Source: Isurus oxyrinchus
Lineage: Eukaryota
NCBI GenBank assembly: GCA_026770705.1
Contig: JANJGN010000004.1
Span: 43,958,001-44,022,000, forward strand
DNA: 64,000 nucleotides
Reading direction: 5' to 3'
Shown here: positions 1-12,039 of the stretch, piece by piece
How the letters are laid out: every line of letters begins with the position of its first letter
How positions within the stretch are numbered: position 1 is the first letter of the stretch
Notes under the pieces: model-generated
Databases searched by the model: none
Told to the model about the DNA's origin: nothing
The model's input: only the letters and a program-made list of their open reading frames with translations
Made by a program: the position numbers and the translations under genes

Positions 1-2
1 AG

Positions 3-2050
3 ATAGCACAGTGGAATTAGGAAAAACTAATCAGTGTAGAGAACAAACTTTCATGTATTGTTAGGAAATAGAGAGAGTTTCAGTAAGTTATATTGGTATT
101 TGTGGGCATTAGGAATGAGTTTTAGCTTTAAAGTTTAAGTTTGATTTGTATTTCTGAATCTGTGTGTTAAGAAATGTCAAACTGAGTTTTAGTTTCACTT
201 TAAAGGAGTTTTAGTTTCACTTTAAAGGTGTTTGCATTTCTAATGAGAGTTTTACGACTTAAGTTAAGCAAACACAAGAGTAGAAAAAAAACAGTGCCTA
301 GCAACAGGGGTCCAGAGAGGCAGGTCCCTCCCACAGACACACACAGAACAAGAGAAACAGCAGCTTTGATTTGGAAGCTGGTGGAGTTCAGCAATTTTTG
401 AAGACAGCTGTCAGACAGAAACAGCCTATAAGGGACAGATTTCCAGTCCCAAGCTAAATTTGGTTAAAAGTAAGTGCCAGAAAGAGACTGGAACAAAGGG
501 AACAGGTATCCAGTCCCAAGCTAAAGAAAGCACCCCAGAATCCAGGGGAGTTGAACAGGAGAAAATCCCAAGCAGACCTTCTAGTCAAAGGAAGGAAGGA
601 ACATGGAAAAGTTACTGTTAAATGAAGTTAAGAGTGAGGGGCACATAGAAAGGCTCCAAGCTTCAGATTTAAAGAGACAAAAGCTGCAGAAAGCAGATTT
701 ATAGTGAGAACAGTTTGCAAGAGGCAAGAGGGTCCAAAGAGATAACTGAAGATCTGTAACTCATGTGAAGCAGTGGTACTGTTGGTGGCTAAGCCAGTGA
801 GAGAGAGTGCATGGAAGACAGCTTGAATGCATGTCGTGACCCAGGAGAGTTCAAAACCCTGGAGACGAACCCTTGGCGAAGGTGTCAGAGAGAAAGCGTC
901 AGTTTGGGAGAAGATTTCAAGGGGAAGTCTTGGAGAGTGGAGATTGGAAACCCTCATGTGAAAGACAGAGTGCAGTGAGACTGGTTGGCTCATTGTGTGA
1001 TAAGTGTCTAGGGGGTAATTGAGGAAAGATCTGTACCATCTGGTTGAAATGGCATCTGTCACTTGGTTTCAGAGTGTGCTGTGTCTGACCACAGATCACC
1101 TATTTGTACATAGACTGTGTACTTACTGTGAACATTAAAGTATAAGATAGCTTTTGTAAGTTGTGTTACCCTTACAAATCTGTTAAGATCTAGTTGTGGA
1201 TGAAGGAGTATTGTAATATAATTAATCTTTTCTTGTTTAATAAATGCTTTATTCTTTTGTTAAAAGTTCATCAGCTGACTTCTGTGACTGTTCAGTAGCC
1301 ACTCTCCATGTATCTAAACAAACAAATAAGAGTTAGGATCTATCAAGCTGGGTTCCACCCTGGGATCAGGCTTGTCCAGGGGTAACCTCAGCTGGGATCA
1401 TAATGGTGTGGAAATGGAATTTTCTAGTGATAAATGAGAACTGAGAACACTGGACTGTCGCTTACAGGAAGTTGAACACTTTGAACAGGACTTGAATGAC
1501 AAACATGTGGAAGCAAATTCAACAAAAATAAGTCTTCAATTAAAACTTGATGAACTTCAAACAGTAGAAGTCTTTATTAAGTATTATGAACATTGCCTGA
1601 AACAGGAGAAGGAATTGTTAATGATTCAGAAAGGTTGGTTGAATGTGGAATTAACAGACAAGACTGAAGTTCTTGAACTTCAATCCGACCTGAAGAACAT
1701 GAAAGATGAGATGCGCAGCATGGAACAGCAAATTCAGATGTTAAAAGCAGAAAAGGAAATTTCTAAGAAACAGATTAATGATGTAACGAGTGAATTGGAA
1801 GGATCTAACGAGCAGTCAGAGATCATGGAAGAAAGAGTCTGAAAGGAGCTGAATTCCCAGGTAAGGTTGTTAAGTTTGTGTTAGAATTTCACAGATAACT
1901 TTGGAACAAGGACAACTGAGCACACCAGAGTAGTTGCTGAGCTAAATGAAAAGATTCATAAGCTTGAAAAAGGATCGGAAAATAAGAGAGGAAACAAATA
2001 TTTGGATGGAATTGTGCAACAAGTGGAAATGAATATTCCAATTTGTAAAA
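3..2050 (+). pseudogene. Decayed intronless coiled-coil reading frame, CENP-F-like, split by the solo LTR at 59-1405
   Basis: Removing the LTR joins IAQWN*EKLISVENKLSC to MEMEFSSDK*ELRTLDCRLQEVEHFEQDLND..., continuing into ORF 1492-1842 (heptad-rich E/K/L/Q). In-frame stops are present. Confidence 0.55.
59..1405 (+). mobile_element. Solo LTR (family A, about 1.35 kb)
   Basis: Begins TGTTAGGAAATAGAG and ends GGGATCATAATG. Flanked by GTAT/GTGT (near-perfect 4-bp TSD). Full-length inverted copy at 59964-61303 and partial copy at 47649. Confidence 0.85.
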
Positions 2051-4764
2051 ATTCATTCATGGGATGTGAACTTCACTGGCTGGGCCAACATTTATTGCCC
2101 ATCCCTAGTTGCCCTCGAGAAGGTGGTGGTGAGCTGTCTTCTTGACCCGCTACAGTCCATGTGGTTTAGATACACCTATGATGCTGTTAGGAAGGGAGTT
2201 CCAGGATTTTGACCCAGCAGCAGTGAACGATGATATATTTCCAAGTCAGGTAGGTGAGTAACTTGGAAGGGGTAGTGTTCCAATCTATCTGCTGCCCTTG
2301 TCCATCTAGATGGTAGTGGTCGTGGGTTTGGAAGGCGCTGTCTAAGGAGCCTTGATGAATTCCTGCAGTGCATTTTGTAGATGTACACACTACCTGGTGG
2401 TGGTGGTGGGAGTGAATGAGGATGTGGTGCCAATCAAGTGGGCTGCTTTGTCCTGGACAGTGTCAAGCTTCTTGAGTGTTGTGGGAGCAGCACTCATCCA
2501 AGCAAGTAGGGAGTATTCCATCACACTCCTGACTTGTACCTTGTAGATGGTGGACAGGCTTTGGGGAGTCAGGAAGTGAATTAGTCCTCACAGCATTCCT
2601 ATCCTCTAACCTGCTTTTGTAGCCACAGTATTTATATGGTTAGTCCAGTTCAGTTTCTGGTCAATGGTAACCCCCAGGATGTTGATAGTGGGGGATTCAG
2701 TGATGGTAATGCCATTGAATGTCAAGGGCGATTGGTTACATTCTCTCTTGTCGGAGATGGTCATTGCCTGGCACCTGTGTGGCACGAATGTGACTTGCCA
2801 CTTATTAGCCTAAGTCTGGATATTATGCAGGTCTTGCTGTAATTGGACATAGATTGCTTCCGTGTCTGAGGAATGTTGCTGAACATTGGGCAATCATCAG
2901 CGAACATCTCCACTTCTGACCTTATGATGGAAGGAAGGTCATTGATGAAGTAGTTGAGGACACTACCCAGAAGAACTCCTGCAGTGATGTCCTGGAGCTG
3001 AGATGATTGACCTCCAACAACCACAAGCATCTTCCTTTGTGCTAGGTATGAATCCAACCAGGGGAGAGTTTCCCCCCGATTCCCGTTAACTCCAGTTTTG
3101 CTAGGGTTCCTTAGTGCCACAGTCAGTTAAATGCGGCCTTGATGTCAAGGCCAGTCACTCTCACCTCACCTCAGGAGTTCAGCTCTTCTGTCCGTGTTTG
3201 AACCGAGGCTGTAATAAGGTCAGGAGCTGAATGGCCCTGGCGGAACCCAAACTGGGCATCATTAAGTAGGCTATCACTAAGCAAGTGCTGCTTGATAGCA
3301 CTGTTGATGACCCCTTCCATTATTCCACTGATGATTGAGAGTAGACTGATGGGGCGGTAATTAGCCGGGTTGGATTTGTCCTGCATTTTGTGTACAGGAC
3401 AATTTTCCACATAGCTGGGTAGATGCCAGTGTTGTAGCTGTACTGGAACAGCTTGGTTAGGGGCATGGCAAGTTCTGGAGCACAAGTCCAGAACTATTGC
3501 CGGAATGTTGTCAGGGCCCATAGACTTTGCACTATCCAGTGCCTTCAGTTGTTTCTTTGATATCACATGGAATGAATCGAATTGGCTGAAGACTGGCATC
3601 TGTGATGCTGGGGACCTCTGGAGGAGACTGAGATGGATCATCCATCGGCACTTCTGGCCAAAGATTGTAGCAAAGACAATTGCACCTCTTGGATGCCCAG
3701 CCCTGAGTTGCTAGATCTGTTCAAAATCTATCCTATTTATCACGGTGGTAGTGCCACACAACACGATGGATCCTCAATGTGAAAGCAGGACTTTGTCTCC
3801 ACAATGGCCAGTCCTACTGAAACTGTCATGGACAGATGGATCTGCAGCAGGCAGGTTGGTGAACGTGAGGTCAAGTATGTTTTTCCCCTCACCACCTGCC
3901 GCAGACTCAGTCTGGCTGTTCGGCCGGTAGTGGTGCTACCTAACCAGTCTTGGCGATGGACATTAAAGTTCCCACCCATGTGCATTCTGCACCTTTGGTG
4001 CTTCCTCCAATGGGGTGTTCAACATGGAGGAGCACTGATTCCTCAGCTGAGGGCAGGGGGTGTGGGGGGGACAGGGTGGCATGTGATAATCAGCAGGATG
4101 TTTCCTTGTCCATGTATGACTGTTGCCATGAGACTTCATGGGGTCCAGTGTTGATGCTGAGGACTCCCAGGGCAACTCCCTCCCGACTGTGCTGCCACCT
4201 CTGTTGGGTCTGTCCTGCCAGTGGGACAGGACTTACCTAGGGATAATGATGGTGGTGTCTCAGATATTATCTGTTGCTTGACTAGTCTGAGACAGCTCTC
4301 CCAATTTTGGCACTAGACCCCAGATGTTAGTAAGGAGGACTTTGTAGGGTTGATTGGGCTGAGATTGCTGTTGTCTTTTCCGGTGCCTAATTGATGCCAA
4401 GTAGTCCATCTGGTTTCATTCGTTTTTTGTGACTTTGTATTGGTTTGATATAACTGAGAAACTGAGTGGCTTGCTGGGCCATTTCGGAGGGCATTTAGTG
4501 TTGACCACATTGCTGGATCACATGTAGGCCAGACCAGGTAAGGGCAGCAGATTTCCTTCCCTAAAGGACATTAGTGAACCAGATGGGTTTTTCCTACCAA
4601 TGAACAATGGTTTCATGGTCATCTTTATACATTTAATTACAGATTTTTATTGAATTCAAATTTCACCGTCATGTGGCGGGATTTGAACCCCGGTCCCCAG
4701 ACCATTACCCTGGGTCCCGGGATTACTAGTCCAAAGACAATACCATTATGCCATCACCTCCCCC
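2051..4764 (-). mobile_element. CR1/L2-group LINE with APE endonuclease and RT remnants, tRNA-like 5' head
   Basis: NIWGL endonuclease start, GNFNVH, KSMGPDNIP, NPANYRPISLLS, QFGFRQGHS, FADD. 3' tail ...cacatcccatgaatgaat. A box TGGCATAATGG and B box GGTTCAAATCC at the 5' end. Confidence 0.9.
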
Positions 4765-4779
4765 TTAAAATATTTTTAA

Positions 4780-5505
4780 ACATAACTATCCTGGAAGCAC
4801 ATGGTGGACCCCACTGAGAAAGATCACCTGAGTCCACTCTAGGAATGAACGGAGTGCACATTCCCTCCCCAAGGTACAGGAGAAACCCATGATGTCTGAA
4901 CAAAGCAGATGGGTTGTCAATAAAGAGAAATGCAACTCAAAGGAGTGCAAAATGCAAATCAAATGCTTACAACCAAGTACCGGAAACACAGAGTACTACA
5001 ATTTCAATGCCAAACCAACAAAGTCAACCCAAAGCAACTGAGACTACCATTCCTCAAACGGGACAGACTGAGATCTAGAAGAATTGTCAAGTCTATCTGA
5101 ATTTATAAAGACAGAGACTTGAGGGGGGGAGAAGAAGTAGCAAGTAAAGTAAAGATTGTATTTTAAGCAGTTATACCTCATTGAAAGAGGGAGAAAGTTA
5201 TTTTTTAAAAAGAAAGGGGGTTGTTTTATATGACTTTAAGGGATAACAGCATGCCATTATAGTATAAAGCTGTTTGGCAGGGCAAAGGTTAATGTGGGCC
5301 TGGAGAACAGTGCTGTTCATGATATGATGGAGAGAGTCACATGATAGACTGAGAGTAGAGTCTGGAAGAGGCCAGCATGGAGACAGCGCTCATACATGGC
5401 AGTACTTTAGCTATGTACATAGTTATGGTTTAACAAGAAACCATTTATGTTTAAATATACAAGCCTCTAGACCTCTTAGTGAGGCACCAAACAAACCTTT
5501 ACAAC
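4780..5505 (+). mobile_element. 3' end of a Gypsy-type element: integrase-tail remnant, polypurine tract and short LTR (about 5222-5505)
   Basis: RLRSRRIVKSI*IYKD resembles the RRSxRxxKP end of Gypsy pol. PPT aaaagaaaggggg at 5207-5220 is followed by TGT. Confidence 0.55.
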
Positions 5506-5678
5506 TATAGAGACCTGTACTGTTGCATCTTGTGAATAATCCTACCCACAAGGAAAAGATCTGTGCCTTGTTTCATGCTTCAGCTCTTGGCGTGAATCCA
5601 TTTAACATTAGTCATGTTGTTAACACTCCATGTCCCACCAAGGGAGGCACTGCAGAACCACCACTGGCTTGAGGGTAT

Positions 5679-8600
5679 TGTTACAACATATCCCCGAGTG
5701 AGATCACCCAATTTGTAAAGATCCCAGACGAGATACTCCAAATTGTTAACGTCCCGAATGGGATCCCAATTTTGTTATGCTCCCAGGTGAGGAGGAGTGA
5801 GCTGGCTCCCCTTCTTTATTCAATCCCCTTGGTTGGTCGCAACAAGGTTAATTTTAAAAAGATCCCTTCCTTGGTGGATACATTTTCCGAGTCCAATATG
5901 CATTAAAAGGAACCAATTTAACCAGGCTTTCTTGAGTCAAAGAAAGAGTAAGTTTATTAGTTACTAAAAATCCAAGAAAAAAAATACAAACACAATGCAC
6001 ACACTCACAGATCAAAAATGAGAAGTTGAGTCCAAAAAAAAGTTTTTAAAAAGATATACAAATCAGTCTTTGGCTTGTCCGTGAGGAGTAAATGGTGAAA
6101 TGTTGCAGCCATTTAATTGGGTGATTCCGGTAGAGCTGACTTTGGCAGTTGAGCAGTTGGTTTAGAGACACTTGGTTCTGCAGATTAGCTGAAGGAGCTG
6201 TCCTGTTTCCTTTTTGACTGTGGCTTTACTGACTTGCCTCCAGCCAGAGAAAGAAAGAGATCTATTTTTACCTGCATGCTATATGGAAGCCTAGTTGATG
6301 TTCTTCTACTGTAACCTTCACAGCACACATTAGCACACCACAGCAAGAACATACAGATCAGGTAGCTTTTTTTTAAACCCATTTCCTTGTGTATTCCTGG
6401 AAGGGGGAAAAAAAACAAACATGTCTTTCGCCTAGAATCTGCTTTCTTTCAACTCAGACCATTTCCACATTCTGAGATATAACCCAGCAGGGGATGGTTT
6501 CTGCTGAGATGTGGTAATCAGTCTCCATTGTCTCTGCAAACACAGGAGATTAACTTCGCTATCTCGATGTCTTTTGCATTGCATCTCTGCCTTTCAAGTG
6601 CCTGTGTCTAAAGTAGGCCTTGACACCTTTTTTAGGTGTCACATTCCATGCTCTCTTTGAACTAGTTGGTCAAGTATAATCCACATAGGAATTTTCCAGA
6701 AAGTGGTCACTTTATAGTCTCAACCAACTTTTGCGTGTATACCCTATTTAAAAAAACATATGTAATACTTAAAAAGTTCAGTATGTCCATAAATAATTCA
6801 TGGCTGTGATCCGCTGTCATGACACTTCCCCCACATGCCAATGAAATGAGAGTCATTCTCATTTCATTACAAAGGGAGGAAAAAATTATAAAACAACAAA
6901 AACACTCATACACACATTCATTCTCATAGCCTTTGTCCATATTATCTGTTTAGTTCTAACCAGGTCTCTTTAAGTTCTGGACAGGGCGGCTGAAATCACA
7001 TTTGATTTCCCAGCAATGTGGGTGATTTTTAGGTGGTATGGTTGGAGAAACAAACACCACCAGAATAACCTGGCATTCTGTGCCTTTAACTTTTCGACAA
7101 AGGTTAACAGGTTGTGGTCAGTATCGACTGTGGTCTCTCTGTATCCATTTCAGACATATATCTCAAAGTGTTTGAGAGCCAGTAATAATTTGAGTTTCAT
7201 TCTCCACTGTGGAGTACCTTTTTTGATGCTTGTTTAGTTTTTTGAAGAAGTACCTGATTGGTCTCTCCACACTTGATTTGTCTTCCTGGAGGAAGATAGG
7301 CGCTTTCTCGATGTCACTTGCATTAACAGCTATTTTAAATGCTTGGTTAAAGTTTGGAGCTGCAAGCACAGGCTCACCTATTAAAATAGCTCTCAGCTTT
7401 TTGAAATCTGTCTGGCATTTCTCAGTCAACACCACCTTTACCTTTTTCTGTAGTAGGTCTATCAGCAGAGCTACTATTGTGCTGAAGTTTGAGGCAAACT
7501 TGCGGTAGAACCCACACATCCCCAAGAAACACATGATTTTCATCTTGTTGTGGGAATAGGGAACTCTGCTACTGCTTGTACCTTTGCTGTCCTGGGCAGT
7601 ACTTGTCCTTGACCCACGACGTGTCCTAGATAGGTCACCGAATTCACTCTTTGTGAGATTGACCACTAGGTCTGCTGACTGCTTTCTGCAAGAGGTCTTC
7701 CAGTTGCTCTAAGTGAGTTTCCCAGGTGTCACTGTACACTAGGAGGTTGTCTTTGGTACACCAATCAATTGGAGAAGCCCACTGTTATCTGATTCATCAG
7801 CCTTTGAAAGGTGTTTGGGGTATTTCAGAATCCAAATGGCATGACTCAACACTGGTATAACGCATCCTGTGTTACAAAGATGGAGATTTCCTTTGCGTGG
7901 GTGATCAAGGGAACCTGCCAGTATCCCTTGAATAAATCTATCGTTGTAATGTAGACTGCTTTACCTACCCTATCTCTGCAGTCTTCCAGATGGAGTATTG
8001 GGTAGGAGTCAGCTCTGGTCACTGCATTAACTTTTTGGTAGTCTATATAGAACTTTGTGGAGCTGTCTAGTTTGGGTTTGAGCAGGAGCTCCAGCTACTG
8101 CTGCTAGGCTCTATTAGTTGGTGCTCCAGCATGCAGTTAATCTCCTCTCAAACCTGGGCCAACTTCTCTGGGCCTAGGCAATAGGGATGTTGTCTTATGG
8201 GAGGGGCCTCTCCCACATCCACATCATGCAGCGCTAGTGTGGTTCAAACTGGCTTGTCTTTGCATAAGCCTTTAAATGCAGTGAGCAGCCTTGTCAAGTC
8301 TGCTCATTGTTCTGCCACTTAGGTATGTGAATAAGGAATCTAAGTTAACTAGTACCTCTGTGCTGGTTAGCCGGGAGTAGTGGGTTGAATGTGGGCTTCA
8401 CTAATGCATCCCTCGAATTCATCTCCACTGCTACCCTCATCCTCTAGGTCAGTGGCAACTGGCAGATCGTTGGCCACCCATTTTCAAATTTTGGGTTTTC
8501 TGTCTTTCGGGCAAAATTCTAAACCTAAGTGCCTTGCTAGCTCTTTTAACTATTTGAGGGACAGAAATTTTAAATCCTCAAAAGTAACATCCCCTTCTCC

Positions 8601-9769
8601 TGGACAAGCACTAGCATCAAATGTGGACATTTCTACACTTTAGTATTTCAGACTCAGGGAAACCTTTTTGCAGTTTTTAAAATTGGTTTCAAAGGAACAA
8701 TTTACTTTCCCAACCCTAATTGTTGTGTCTGTGGGAACTATTCCAGCACGAAGCCCCCAATTTGTTAAGACCGGTCCCTGGGCGTGGTCCCCCAATTTGT
8801 TATGATCCCAGACAAGGTACTCCAAATTGTTAACTCCCCTCAGCAGGACCCCAGTTTTGTTGTGCTGCTTCTGAGTGACAAGTGATGAGCTGGCTCCCCT
8901 GCTATATTCAACCCCTTGAGTTGGTTGCAATAGATTAATTTAAAAAGAATCCCTCATCTGTACAATTTCCCAGTCCAAATGTATTTATGTTTTAGAAAGA
9001 GCCAATTTAATCAGGCTTTCTTGAGTCAAAGAAAGAGTAAGTTTTATCAGACTTGGGCCATCCATGAAGAATAGATGACAAAACATTGCGGCCATTAAGT
9101 TGGGTAATTTTGGTGGAGCTGATTTTGGCAATTGAGCAGTTGGTTTGGAGAAACTTGGTTCTGCAGGTTAGCTGAAGAAGTTGCCCTGTGGTTTTGCTGA
9201 TTGCCTCCAAACAGAGAAAGAGAGAGATCGATTTTTACCTGCAAGCTGCAGGGATCCCTAGTTGATGTTCATTTGCTGTGACTTTCACAGTACACACACG
9301 CACACCAGAACTAGAACACACAAATCAGGTTTGCAGCTAGTTTTTCAAACCCATTTCCTTGTGCATTCCTGGAAGGGAAAAAAACTTTCACCCAGAGTTT
9401 GCTTTCTTTCAACCCAGACCATTCCTACATTCTGAAATAGAACTCAACAGGAGATGGTTGCTGCTGAGATGTAGTAATCAGCCTCCATTGTCTATGCAAC
9501 CAAGGAGATTAAAGTCCAGTCTTTTGCATTGCATCTTTCCTTTTCAAGTATTTGTGTCTGAAATAGGCCTTGACATCTTTTTTATGCACAACATTCCATG
9601 TTCTCATTGGACTAGTCGGTCAAATATAATCCTCATTGGAATTTTCCAGAAAGTGGTTACTTTACATTAACAGTCAGCTTTTGCTCATAGGTCTTTAAAC
9701 AAAACACAATAGGTCTGTAAGCTCAATAGGTCCATAAGTAATTTGGAGCTGTGATCCACTGTCGTGACA
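5679..9769 (-). mobile_element. Internally deleted Gypsy (Gmr1-like) LTR retrotransposon with two LTRs
   Basis: Direct repeats 8763-9769 (5' LTR) and 5679-6824 (3' LTR), both TG...CA. PBS TGGGGGCTTCGTGCTGGAAT (tRNA-Pro-like) at 8740-8759. PPT gggggaag at 6825-6832. RT (DLFKGYWQV, MPFG) and RNase H (FLGMCGFYRKF, LAAPNF, YSTVE). Flanks GTAT/GCAT. Confidence 0.9.
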
Positions 9770-10099
9770 GCATAATTACACCTATGTGAAAGCTCACATG
9801 GGCAGTCTCCATTAAAATGTGGAACTATGTTTGATTATCACCTTGCCTTTAATTCTTTTTCACTTGAAGGTTATGCTTAGTTTTTATTCCCTGTGTGCAG
9901 CACCAAGGGAAATCAACTGCTGTATTAAATTTATTGTCCATGCCCTATATTACTTATTCTGACCATCACCGTCTGTCATGTCTGTCAGCTCAATAGGATA
10001 TCCCTATTATAAAATGACTTGTCACACAATGAGCCCTGCAGTTACGAGCCTCTACCACTAGATAGAGCATTTTAAGTTTCTGAAACAGCAGATTTCCAA

Positions 10100-10961
10100 A
10101 CTTATAGAGGTGATTTTTCATGCAGTGACGGTGTGCAGGTGGGTGTGCTGGCAATTTTCTGCTACTGGCCGACATGGTGGTCTGGCCGCATGTTCCCACC
10201 CACTTTCAGTCAGGCTGCTTCTGCGAGGGGGTGACAGCTATCCCTTTGTCAGAGGTGGGTAACCATTAAGGGCAATTAAAGTGCCATAGTGGGGGTACTT
10301 AACAGATGCTGTCTAGAATTTTCCAGAAAGTAGATGGGCCCCCTGCTGAGTCTGATGCTCAGCAGATAGTTGGAAGCAGCCTTTCGTCAGCAGGTTGGTG
10401 GGGAGGTGGGGTGGGGGGTGGGGGGGGTGGGGTGCGGTGGGGTTGGTGGTGGGGGGTGGGGATGGTTGGTGGGGCGGGGGGGGCGGGGGCGGGGAGGGGG
10501 GTAGGGAGTGGTTTGGGGGGAAGTTGCTAGCTTAGGCCTCTTTTAATTCTCACTCCTTCCCCAACACTGTGGTTGCCAGAGGGCCTTAGCTGTGGAGACA
10601 GACCACCCTGTGAAGGGGTTTTCCCTCCATGATGCAGGTCTGGCAGCTGCAAACACATTTTATTTTTAAACTTTTTAAAGCCTTCAGAGGCGCCTCCATC
10701 TTGAAGTGCCCTCTTGTTTCTCCCTCCTGCGTCAGCAGCACCAACCTCTCCCGGTGGTGTTGCCGGCTTCCCAGAAGCTCGGGTGCTCCTGACTCTGGAA
10801 CCCAGCCAGCATCCTTAATTGGACAGAGCTCCTGGAGACAGCCTCCTAATTGGCTGCCTACTTGAAAATCTCCTCCAGGGTGCTGCCATGTTCACCTCCG
10901 GGTTTCTGAACTGGGATTTAGCCCAGCATCAGAATCAGAACCTAGAACTAAAATGCTGCCC
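10100..10961. mobile_element. Probable non-autonomous DNA transposon (MITE-like) with a G-rich core
   Basis: Right end aaaatgctgccc resembles the Harbinger-type TIRs elsewhere in the window. Left end unclear. Confidence 0.35.
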
Positions 10962-11019
10962 ACAAATGCGCTCTTGAGGAAATTTTGATTCATTCTGACT
11001 TCTGATAGGCAATGCCAAC

Positions 11020-11570
11020 AATATCCTGCATTTGTATAGCACCTTTAATGTAATAAAACCTTCCACAATATTCCATAGGAGCTTTATACAGCAAAAGGTC
11101 ACGCCAAGTCACATGAGCAAATATTAAGGCAGATGATCAAAAGCTAGGTCAAATAGATAGATTTAAAGGAGGTAAGAGAGGCAGAGAGGTTTAGGGAGGG
11201 AAGTTAGAGCTTCATACCCAGGCACCTGAAGGTATTGCTACCATTAGTGATGTAATTGAAATCAAGGATGCTCGAGACACTATGAATTAGAGGAGTGCCA
11301 ATATCTCGGAGGGTTGTAGGGTCGGAGACAATTACGAAGTTTGGGAGGGCATCTCGATGGAGGGATTTGAAAATAAGAATGAGAATTTTAAAATTGAGTT
11401 GTTGTTTTACCAGGAGTCAATGGATGTCAGCGAGCTCGAGGGTGATAGGTGGGCAGGACTTGGTATGAGTTAGGACACAGGCAGCAGAATTTTGTATGAT
11501 GTCAAGTTTATGAATGGTAGAACATGGGAAGTCAGCTAGGAGTGTGTTAGTATAGTTAAGTCTCGAGTAT
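11020..11570 (-). mobile_element. L2-type LINE 3' fragment
   Basis: SRLNYTNTLLA...IQNSAACVLTHTK...ITLELADIH (L2 RT C-terminal motif). L2-like tail near 11020-11060. Confidence 0.75.
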
Positions 11571-12039
11571 CTGATGAAGAAACAAACCCCCTTCTTAATT
11601 ATGCACAAAATGGATCCAAAAACAGGTTTGTAAACACATATTTTAGAAGTACCTGATGCTGATAAAAATGCTATCGTTTATTTATAGGGCTGTCAAACAA
11701 TTAAGTAAGTGTGCTGTTTCTAACTTTGTATCTTTTTATTTCCAGATTTTACCAATATCAGTAGGAAGATGAAAGTATTGCTCAAATTGGACTAAATACA
11801 GAAGGATAATGATCACATGACCAGTGCTGTGGTTCACCTTTATTTTATTGAATAGTTTACATTTGCATGTCTTAAATTTACATCATGTAGATCTACTAAA
11901 GAAAATCACCTTTCAAGAGCAGAGATTGAACATTTAAAATTAATTCAGCTCTAAAATTAACTCTAAAATCAACCTCTGAAGGTCTATTAAATAATGTAAT
12001 CTCAGTCAGTTTAAGATTAGACAAGAATAACAAGAACAT

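Noticed and set aside
628-1099. ORFs shared between 628-1099 and 60275-60846
   Set aside because: Incidental frames in two copies of the same LTR. The frames are not preserved between copies.
4670-4764. Functional tRNA gene
   Set aside because: It has A/B boxes but an inserted segment and no clean cloverleaf. It is a retroelement head.
11688-11830. Plus-strand splice-like signals (tttatag|...gtaagt; tttccag|) suggesting antisense exons
   Set aside because: No open frame or homology. Such motifs are common in AT-rich DNA.
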